The translations under genes and the position numbers were made by a program. This document shows, one piece after another, positions 8,226-14,745 of a stretch of DNA of 14,745 nucleotides (within the stretch, counting starts at the first letter, position 1; each line of letters starts with the position of its first letter). A model generated the notes under the pieces. It ran no database searches and was not told the DNA's origin. It saw nothing but the letters and a program-made list of their open reading frames with translations. Source of the DNA: Candidatus Methylomirabilia bacterium. Lineage in GTDB: Bacteria > Methylomirabilota > Methylomirabilia > Rokubacteriales > CSP1-6. The DNA lies in NCBI GenBank assembly GCA_041496385.1, contig JBGQEL010000108.1, positions 1-14,745 of the forward strand, written 5' to 3'.

Positions 8226-8918
8226 ATGCCACTGCCCTACTACGTCAGCCCCGAGCAGATGATGAAGGACAAGGCCGAGTATGCGCGCAAGGGCATCGCG
8301 CGCGGCCGGTCGACCGTCACGCTCGAGTACAGCGAGGGCATCCTGCTCGTGGCGGAGAACCCATCCACGCTGCTGCACAAGATCTCCGAGATCTACGACC
8401 GCATCGCGTTCGCCGGGGTCGGAAAGTACAACGAGTTCGAGAATCTCCGGATCGCCGGGATCCGTCACGCCGACGTCAAGGGCTATTCCTACAGCCGCGG
8501 CGACGTCACGGCCAAGGCGCTCGCGAACGCCTACTCCCAGGCGCTCGGGAACATCTTCACCCAGGACATCAAACCGTTCGAGGTCGAGGTCCTCGTGGCC
8601 GAGGTGGGCGACAGCAACGGCGCGCGCAACGAGATCTACCACATCCTCTACGACGGCACGATCGAGGACGAGCGGAACTACGCCGCGATGGGCGGGCAGG
8701 CCGAGGAGATCCGCCGCTTCCTCAAGGACCACTACGCGGAGGGGCTGACGCTCGACGCGGCGCTTCAGCTCGGGGTCCGCGCGCTGACCGTCACGCAGAA
8801 CAAGACCCTCAGCGAGAAGGACCTCGAAGTCGCGGTGCTGGACCGGACGAAGGTCCGGCGCAAGTTCCGGCGCATTCCCGTGGAGGCGCTCGGGCAACTC
8901 CTGGGCACGGGAAGGTAG
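8226..8918 (+). CDS. prcA: 20S proteasome alpha subunit
   Basis: 230 aa. PYYVSPEQMMKDKAEYARKGIARGRS, LHKISEIYDRIAFAGVGKYNEFENLR.AG.R.AD..GYSY, LANAYSQALG, KPFEVE and LEVAVLDRT...RKFRRI. Confidence 0.97.
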   Translation: MPLPYYVSPEQMMKDKAEYARKGIARGRSTVTLEYSEGILLVAENPSTLLHKISEIYDRIAFAGVGKYNEFENLRIAGIRHADVKGYSYSRGDVTAKALANAYSQALGNIFTQDIKPFEVEVLVAEVGDSNGARNEIYHILYDGTIEDERNYAAMGGQAEEIRRFLKDHYAEGLTLDAALQLGVRALTVTQNKTLSEKDLEVAVLDRTKVRRKFRRIPVEALGQLLGTGR

Positions 8919-8922
8919 GCCG

Positions 8923-8931
8923 TGCTAGTCT
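8923..8931 (+). promoter_or_regulatory. Possible internal extended -10 promoter (TG-C-TAGTCT) for pafA
   Basis: TGCTAGTCT-gaagcccag-ATG in the 22-nt prcA-pafA spacer. There is no SD at normal spacing. Confidence 0.4.
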
Positions 8932-8940
8932 GAAGCCCAG

Positions 8941-10296
8941 ATGAAGCGCCGGATCTTCGGCCTCGAGAACGAGTACGGTCTCACCTGCACCCTGAACGGC
9001 CAGCGGCGCCTGTCCCCCGACAACGTGGCGCGGTATCTCTTCGAGAAAGTGATCCCGGGCGCGCGGAACGCGAACGTCTTCCTCGAGAACGGCGCGCGAC
9101 TCTACCTCGACACCGGCTTCCACCCGGAGTACGCGACTCCCGAGTGCGACGACGTCACCGAGCTCGTCGTCCATGACAAGGCGGGCGAGCGGATCGTCGA
9201 GGATCTCCTGCACCAGGCCGAGAAGCGCCTGCGGGAAGACGGCATTTCCGGAAACATCCTGCTCTTCAAGAACAATACGGACTCGGCCGGCAACTCCTAC
9301 GGGTGTCACGAGAACTACCTCGTCAGCCGCGACGTGTCCTTCCAGCGGCTGGCGGAAGCGCTCATCCCCTTCTTCGTGACCCGCCAGATCTTCGCGGGCG
9401 CGGGCAAGGTGCTCCAGACGCCGCGGGGCTTCCACTACTGCCTCTCGCAGCGCGCCCAGCACATCTGCCAGGAGATCTCGGGCGCCACGACCTCGTCGCG
9501 CTCGATCATCAACACGCGTGACGAGCCGCACGCCGACGCCGAGCGCTACCGCCGCCTGCACGTCATCGTGGGCGACTCGAACATGTCGGAGGTGGCGACC
9601 TACCTGAAGGTCGGGACGACGGCCCTCGTGCTCGACATGATCGAGGATGGCTTCTTCGACCGGGACTACTCGCTGCAATCGCCCGTGCAGGCGATCCGCG
9701 ACATCTCGCACGACCCGACGCTGAGAGAGGCGATCAAGCTCAAGGACGGGCGCTCGATCACGGCGCTGCAGATGCAGCTCGAATACCTCGAGTACGCAAC
9801 GCGCTACGTGGAGTCGATCAGTCCCGACCCGGCGACGAAGGACGTGCTCGCCCGCTGGGCCGACGTGCTCACGAAGCTCGAATCGGACCCGATGCAGCTC
9901 TCGCGCGAGCTCGACTGGGTGATCAAGAAGGCGTGGATCGACAAGTTCATGGACCGCCACCGGCTCTCGTGGCGCGACCCCAAGGTGTCGCTGCTCGACC
10001 TCCAGTACCACGACATCCGACCCGAGAAGAGCGTCTACTACCGGCTCGCGCTCAACGACCAGGTGGACCGGATCACCGACGACGAGACGATCGAGCAGGC
10101 CAAGCACGTGCCGCCGCAGACCACGCGCGCCCGCCTGCGCGGCGAGTTCATCCGCCAGGCGAACCTGAAGGGCAAGGACTACCGCGTGGACTGGGTCTAT
10201 CTGAAGCTGAACGACCCGGAGCGCGAGACCATCCTCTGCAAGGACCCGTTCCAGTCCCACGACGAGCGGGTCGAGCGACTCATCCGCTCCTTCTGA
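8941..10296 (+). CDS. pafA: Pup--protein ligase PafA
   Basis: 451 aa. [62 protein letters not shown]....[39 protein letters not shown] and DPF...DERVERLI. It lacks the Dop loop. Confidence 0.97.
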   Translation: MKRRIFGLENEYGLTCTLNGQRRLSPDNVARYLFEKVIPGARNANVFLENGARLYLDTGFHPEYATPECDDVTELVVHDKAGERIVEDLLHQAEKRLREDGISGNILLFKNNTDSAGNSYGCHENYLVSRDVSFQRLAEALIPFFVTRQIFAGAGKVLQTPRGFHYCLSQRAQHICQEISGATTSSRSIINTRDEPHADAERYRRLHVIVGDSNMSEVATYLKVGTTALVLDMIEDGFFDRDYSLQSPVQAIRDISHDPTLREAIKLKDGRSITALQMQLEYLEYATRYVESISPDPATKDVLARWADVLTKLESDPMQLSRELDWVIKKAWIDKFMDRHRLSWRDPKVSLLDLQYHDIRPEKSVYYRLALNDQVDRITDDETIEQAKHVPPQTTRARLRGEFIRQANLKGKDYRVDWVYLKLNDPERETILCKDPFQSHDERVERLIRSF

Positions 10297-10337
10297 TCCC
10301 TGGTGTCCGCGGCGCCTCCGCCCACGGCGGGCGGGGG

Positions 10338-10368
10338 TTGACACCCCCCGGCCAACGGTGCTACTTCT
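10338..10368 (+). promoter_or_regulatory. Possible promoter for the bactofilin pair
   Basis: Perfect TTGACA at 10338-10343, then TG-C-TACTTC(T) with an 18-nt spacer. The -10 box is imperfect. Confidence 0.4.
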
Positions 10369-10427
10369 GACCTCCCACTCGGCACGCTGCGCTCATTCGA
10401 GCGGTGTCTCATAAGAGGAGGCCCCGG

Positions 10428-10895
10428 ATGTTCGGAGACAGGAAGCCCTCGCAGAAGCCCGCCGCGCCCCAGGCCCCGGAGAACGGCAAGCCCGCCAGCC
10501 CCATCACGCTGCTGACGATCGTCGGCGATCACGCGCGGATGGAGGGCAAGTTCGACATCGCGGACTCGATCCAGATCGAGTGCGAGGTGGGCGGCGAGCT
10601 GAACGTCGGCGGCAAGCTGGTCATCGGAGAGAAGGGCGTCGTCAACGCGAACGTCCAGACGGTGGACGCGATCATCATGGGCCACTACGAGGGCAACATG
10701 GTGGCCACCGGCAACGTCGAGATCGCCGAGACGGGCCGCGTGAGCGGCAATATCCAGACCGACTCGCTCGTGATCTCGAAGGGCGGCTTCTTCAACGGGA
10801 ACGTGACGAAGATGCACGAGGATCAGGCGAGCGCCCCGCGTCAGGTGGTGCCGATCGAGGAGAAGCGCGCGGGGCAGCAGGGCTTTCAGAGGTAA
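10428..10895 (+). CDS. Bactofilin (polymer-forming cytoskeletal protein, CcmA/DUF583), copy 1
   Basis: 155 aa from ATG 10428, which has a strong SD (AAGAGGAGG) 6 nt upstream, so it is preferred over GTG 10404. Beta-helix pattern TIVG....MEG.F......IE..V.G.L.....LVIGEKGVV.ANV......I.G...GN..A...VEI..TGRV.GNI....LVI..GG.FNG. Confidence 0.9.
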   Translation: MFGDRKPSQKPAAPQAPENGKPASPITLLTIVGDHARMEGKFDIADSIQIECEVGGELNVGGKLVIGEKGVVNANVQTVDAIIMGHYEGNMVATGNVEIAETGRVSGNIQTDSLVISKGGFFNGNVTKMHEDQASAPRQVVPIEEKRAGQQGFQR

Positions 10896-10919
10896 CCCCT
10901 CCCGCGGGGGACGACGCCC

Positions 10920-11342
10920 ATGCTCTGGCGGAAGAGCGGCAAGCCCTCGGTCAAGGGAAGCGACCTCACGGCCTTCATCGACGAAGGCTCGGAGCTCGAG
11001 GGCAAGTTCACGTTCAGCGGCACCGTCATGCTGAACGGCCGCTTCCGCGGTGAGATCGTCACCAACGACACTCTCATCGTCGGCGAGAAGGGTGTCGTCA
11101 ACGCCTCCATCCGCGCCGGCGTCGTCCTGATCTCGGGCGAAGTGGTCGGCAACGTCCTGGCCGCCGAGCGCGTCGAGCTGCGCGGCACCGCGCGCGTCTA
11201 CGGCGACGTCGAGGCGCCCGTGGTGGTCGTCGAGGAAGGCGTGCTCTTCGAGGGCCACTGCCGGATGACCAAGGCTCGCCCCGCCGAGACCCCCGCCGCG
11301 CCCGCGGCGCGCGACCTCTCCGTCGTCCAGCTCAAGCGCTGA
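10920..11342 (+). CDS. Bactofilin (polymer-forming cytoskeletal protein, CcmA/DUF583), copy 2
   Basis: 140 aa with a canonical bactofilin domain: AFIDEGSELEGKFTFSGTVMLNGRFRGEI...LIVGEKGVVNASI...ISGEVVGNV.A.ERVEL...ARV.GDV.AP...VEEGVLFEG.CRM. Confidence 0.93.
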   Translation: MLWRKSGKPSVKGSDLTAFIDEGSELEGKFTFSGTVMLNGRFRGEIVTNDTLIVGEKGVVNASIRAGVVLISGEVVGNVLAAERVELRGTARVYGDVEAPVVVVEEGVLFEGHCRMTKARPAETPAAPAARDLSVVQLKR

Positions 11343-12642
11343 GCTCGGCGCGCCACCCGCGGGTGAGCGCGCGCACCTCGGCCAGCAGCCCGGCGAGGTC
11401 CACCGTCAAAAGCCGCCCCGTCTCGACGATCCGCCGCCCGTGCACCCAGACGTCGGTGACGGCCTGGGGCGACAGCGCGTAGACGACCGACTTCGTGAGG
11501 TCGCTGCGCGGATGGAGCGACGGATGGGCGAGATCCACCGCCACGAAGTCGGCGAGCCGGCCCGGCGCGAGCGCGCCCGCCGGCAGGCCCAGAATCTCCG
11601 CGGCCGACGCCGTGCCGAGCGCGAACGCGCGCTCGGCGGAGAGGGCGGCGCCGTCGAGCAGGCGCACGCGCTGGAGCAACGACGCCATGCGCATTTCCTC
11701 GAACACCGAGAGGCGGCTGTTGGTGCACCCGCCGTCGGTGCCCAGCCCCACCCTGACCCCGGCGGCGAGCATCTCGGGCAGCCGCGTGATCCCGTCGCCC
11801 AGGAACATGTTCGAGCTGGGGCAATAGGCGAGCGCCGCGCCGCGCGCGCCCATCAGCGCGATCTCCTCGTCGTCGAGCCAGACGCAGTGGACGCCGATCA
11901 TACGGCGCCCGAGCACGCCGAGCCGATCGAGGTAGCGGATGGGCGTCGTGCCGTGCTCCTTCAGCGTCCGCGCGCCTTCGTAGCGCCCCTCGGCGACGTG
12001 GACGTGGAAGCGCGTGTCCTCCGCCTCCGCGATCTCCCATCCCGCCCGGATCATCGCGGGCGAGGCGCCGTGAGGGCTGTGGGGCGCGGGCTGCACGCTG
12101 ACGGTCGGGTCGCCCCGGTACGCGGCGATCAGCGCGCGCGTGCGCGCCGCGGCCTCCGCCACCGGCTCGCGGTAGCGCGGGGGCGCGCCCTCCCAGTCGT
12201 ACATGCCGCGCGCCAGGACCAGGCGGATCCCGACGCGGCGCGACGCCTCGATGACCGCCTCCGCGTTCGCGTTCCCGCCGTCCTGGAGGTAGAAGAAGTC
12301 CACGCAGGTCGTGGCGCCGTGGAGCAGCATCTCGGCGAACGCGAACTCGGCCCCGAGCGCGATCCCGCGGCGGTCGAGGCGCTCCGAGAAAGGGTAGAGC
12401 ACGCGGTCGCGCCAGCCCATGAAGTCGAGGTCGTCGCCGAGCCCGCGCAGCAGCGACTGGAAGGTGTGGCAGTGGGCGTTGACCGTGCCGGGCAGGAGCG
12501 CCTTGCCGGCGAGCGTCACGTCGCCCGGCTGCGGGCCGGCCGCGGGCTCGAGCGCGGTGATCCGGCCCCCCTCGATCAGGACCGCGTGGCCGGAGCGCCA
12601 GCCGGACGCCGTCAAGATCAGCTCGGGGACGAGCCTCGCCAC
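11332..12642 (-). CDS. Metal-dependent amidohydrolase, Atz/Trz (MTA/SAH or 5'-deoxyadenosine deaminase-like) family
   Basis: 436 aa, GTG start. Metal ligands LLPGTVNAHCH, HVHVAE, VHCVWL and GLGTDG, plus CPSSNMFLGDG and G.LAPGRLADFV. Its stop overlaps the bactofilin-2 stop convergently by 11 nt. Substrate cannot be determined. Confidence 0.88.
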   Translation of the reverse strand: MARLVPELILTASGWRSGHAVLIEGGRITALEPAAGPQPGDVTLAGKALLPGTVNAHCHTFQSLLRGLGDDLDFMGWRDRVLYPFSERLDRRGIALGAEFAFAEMLLHGATTCVDFFYLQDGGNANAEAVIEASRRVGIRLVLARGMYDWEGAPPRYREPVAEAAARTRALIAAYRGDPTVSVQPAPHSPHGASPAMIRAGWEIAEAEDTRFHVHVAEGRYEGARTLKEHGTTPIRYLDRLGVLGRRMIGVHCVWLDDEEIALMGARGAALAYCPSSNMFLGDGITRLPEMLAAGVRVGLGTDGGCTNSRLSVFEEMRMASLLQRVRLLDGAALSAERAFALGTASAAEILGLPAGALAPGRLADFVAVDLAHPSLHPRSDLTKSVVYALSPQAVTDVWVHGRRIVETGRLLTVDLAGLLAEVRALTRGWRAELSA

Positions 12643-12693
12643 GCTAGGACTCGAGCCCGGTCCCCGGCGCCGCGTCGACGCGGTCGGTGAGGG

Positions 12694-13728
12694 TCACGGG
12701 AGCATCGCCAGCAGCGGCTCGAGGTGCTTCGGGTCGGGCGTCAGCGCGCCCACGGGGTGGCGGTGAAACAGCTCGACGACCCTCGCGTTCAAGGGCGTCG
12801 GCACGCCGAGCCGGCGGCCCTGGGCGACGACGTAGCCGTTGAGATGATCGATCTCCGTCCGCCGCCGGCGCATGACGTCCTGGAGCAGCGAGGGACGGCC
12901 GCCCGCGCGGCTGGTGGCGTCGCGGCTGATATCGGCCTCGACCTCCGCGAGGCCGCGGCCCTCGGCCGCATCCACGAAGCGCTGCGCGGTGATGTGGAAG
13001 ATCGGCTCGACCTCGTGACCCGCCGCGCGCCCGACGCGGATGACCTCGGCGCCGAGGAACACGGCGATCCGCCGCGGCCCGGGCTCCGTCCGGACCTCCG
13101 CCGTCCCCAGCCCCGAGAGGCCCGCCACCGGGTTCGCCATGCAGTTGAGCGCGAGCTTCGACCAGCGCTCGCCGAAGAGATTCGTCGTCACCTTCGCGCC
13201 GGCGACGGCCGTCATCAGCTCGGCCAGCTCACGCGCCCGCGGCGTGTCCCGCCCGTCCAGCTCACCGATCTTGAAGCCGAGCGCGCCCGAATCCGTCCGC
13301 ATCGCGTGCCCCGGCTCGTACATCCCGGCCCCGATCGTGATCACGCAGCCCAGCGTCCGCTCCCGCCCCGCCACCGCCGCGACCCGCTCGTCGTTGATCC
13401 CGTTCTGGAAGTCGACGACGACGCCGTCGGGTCGGACCAGGTAGGCGACGCCGAGCGCGGTCGCCCACTCCGTGTCGTACGACTTCACCGCGACGAACAC
13501 GGCGTCGAACGGCCGCTCGATCGACTGCGCCTCGTGCAGGTGCAGCGCCTTCACCGGGACGACGTGATCACCGCACGTCCCACTGAGCCGGAGCCCTTTC
13601 GCGCGCATGGTCTCGACGTGCTCCGGCCACTGGTCGACGAGCGTGACGTCCCGCCCGGCCCGCGAAAGCAGCCCGCCCACGACGCATCCGATCGCCCCGG
13701 CGCCGATGATGCCGATTCGGTTGATCAT
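12694..13728 (-). CDS. Ketopantoate reductase family protein (PanE/ApbA-like)
   Basis: 344 aa. Rossmann motif IIGAGAIG, AVKSYD, FQNG, catalytic Lys motif WSKLALN, SLLQD and RTEIDHLNG. Confidence 0.9.
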   Translation of the reverse strand: MINRIGIIGAGAIGCVVGGLLSRAGRDVTLVDQWPEHVETMRAKGLRLSGTCGDHVVPVKALHLHEAQSIERPFDAVFVAVKSYDTEWATALGVAYLVRPDGVVVDFQNGINDERVAAVAGRERTLGCVITIGAGMYEPGHAMRTDSGALGFKIGELDGRDTPRARELAELMTAVAGAKVTTNLFGERWSKLALNCMANPVAGLSGLGTAEVRTEPGPRRIAVFLGAEVIRVGRAAGHEVEPIFHITAQRFVDAAEGRGLAEVEADISRDATSRAGGRPSLLQDVMRRRRTEIDHLNGYVVAQGRRLGVPTPLNARVVELFHRHPVGALTPDPKHLEPLLAMLP

Positions 13729-13736
13729 GGTCGCGC

Positions 13737-13780
13737 AGCGTACAGCAGGTCGCTCGCGCGCGGCAAGGCCGCGCTATACT
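13737..13780. promoter_or_regulatory. Back-to-back promoters in the 60-nt divergent spacer, both giving (near-)leaderless mRNAs
   Basis: Minus strand: TTGCCG (13766-13761), 18-nt spacer, TACGCT (13742-13737), 8 nt, ATG 13728. Plus strand: TATACT (13775-13780), 8 nt, ATG 13789. Neither gene has an SD. Confidence 0.55.
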
Positions 13781-13788
13781 TCCCTGCG

Positions 13789-14745
13789 ATGACCCCCGCC
13801 GCGCGCGACGCCGTCGGCATCGTCCTCGCCGCCTTCGCGTCCCAGCCGCCGGCCGATTTTGTCGCGATCGCGCTCGAAGCCGAGCGGCGCGGCTACCACA
13901 CCGCCTGGGTCGGCGAGACCGCCGGCTACGACGCCATGACCGTGATGACCGTGATCGCGACCCACACCGAGCGCATGCAGGTGGGCTCCGCGGTCGTGCC
14001 CGTCCAGACGCGGACGCCCGTCGTCCTCGGCCTCTCGGCGGCGAGCCTCAACCACTTCTCGAACGACCGTGTCCTGCTCGGGCTCGGGCTCAGCAGTCGC
14101 ATCATCGTCGGCGACTGGCACGGCCTTCCCTTCCAGAACTCGCTGCAGCAGGTGCGCGAGACGGTCGAGATCGTCCGGCGCGTCGCCGCGGGCGAGCGCG
14201 TGAATTTCGAGGGGAAGTTCTATCGCGTGAAGAACTTCAGGATGGCCGCGCCCCCGCCCGCGAGGCCCGTGCGCATCGTGCTCGCCGCGCTCGGCGCGGA
14301 GATGCTCGAGCTGGCGGGCGAGATCGCCGACGGCGTCGTGCTGAACTGGATCCCGCCCGAGGCGGTGCCCGCGTCCATCGCGCACATCGAGGCCGGCGCC
14401 CGGAAGGCGGGGCGCGCGCTCGAGGGCTTCGAGATCGCCTCGTTCATCCGGACCTGCGTCACCGACGACCCGGCCGCGGCGCGCGACACGCTCGCGCGCG
14501 ACATGACCGGGTACGCCATCGTGGACGTCTACGCGAGCTTCTTCCGGAGCGCGGGATTCGGCCCCGAGGTGGACGCGCTCAGCGCCGCCTGGAAGGCGGG
14601 CGACCGCCCGGGAGCGGTCAAGCAGGTCTCGCGGCGCGTCCTCGACGGCCTCGGCGTCGTGGGCGACGAGGAATTCTGCCGGCGGCGCATCGCCGAGTTC
14701 GCGCGCGCAGGGCTCACACAGCCCGTGATCCTGCCGTTCGTCCCC
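13789..14745 (+). CDS. LLM-class (luciferase-like) flavin/F420-dependent oxidoreductase, 3'-truncated by the window edge
   Basis: Not in the ORF track because it has no stop in the window. Manual translation: MTPAARDAVGIVL...AERRGYHTAWVGETAGYDAMTV...IATHTERMQVGSAVVPVQTRTP...SLNHFSNDRVLLGLGLSS...FEGKFY...IVLAALGAEMLELAGEIADGVVLNW. Open for 319 codons. Confidence 0.9.
   Translation, partial: MTPAARDAVGIVLAAFASQPPADFVAIALEAERRGYHTAWVGETAGYDAMTVMTVIATHTERMQVGSAVVPVQTRTPVVLGLSAASLNHFSNDRVLLGLGLSSRIIVGDWHGLPFQNSLQQVRETVEIVRRVAAGERVNFEGKFYRVKNFRMAAPPPARPVRIVLAALGAEMLELAGEIADGVVLNWIPPEAVPASIAHIEAGARKAGRALEGFEIASFIRTCVTDDPAAARDTLARDMTGYAIVDVYASFFRSAGFGPEVDALSAAWKAGDRPGAVKQVSRRVLDGLGVVGDEEFCRRRIAEFARAGLTQPVILPFVP

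Noticed and set aside
10404..10427. Upstream GTG start for bactofilin 1
   Set aside because: The strong SD AAGAGGAGG lies inside this stretch and points to ATG 10428.
209..14717. Many long overlapping or antisense ORFs (for example 3981..5954 -, 5884..7323 -, 7212..8897 -, 8809..10344 -, 2003..3805 -, 885..2393 +, 11440..12690 +, 13774..14385 -)
   Set aside because: These are shadow frames of well-supported genes, expected with high GC3 and few stop codons. They contain no recognisable motifs.

Overview
GC-rich bacterial chromosomal segment with no mobile element, CRISPR array or RNA gene that I can support. The left arm (minus strand) carries a family-5 ABC substrate-binding protein, a double-hotdog acyl-CoA thioesterase, yebC and the 5' part of ruvC. 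Diverging from it is a bacterial proteasome/pupylation operon: arc/mpa ATPase, dop, prcB, prcA and pafA. Two tandem bactofilin genes follow. The right end holds a convergent amidohydrolase, a ketopantoate-reductase-family gene and a divergent, truncated LLM-class oxidoreductase. The most striking observation is that the pupylation enzymes, the ATPase and both 20S subunits look intact, yet no pup/UBact modifier gene is present: dop stops at 7401 and prcB starts at 7407. The neighbourhood (no pafBC/tatAC, bactofilins, a sigma54-like motif) suggests a non-actinobacterial host, perhaps Ca. Rokubacteria-like, but that is inference only.
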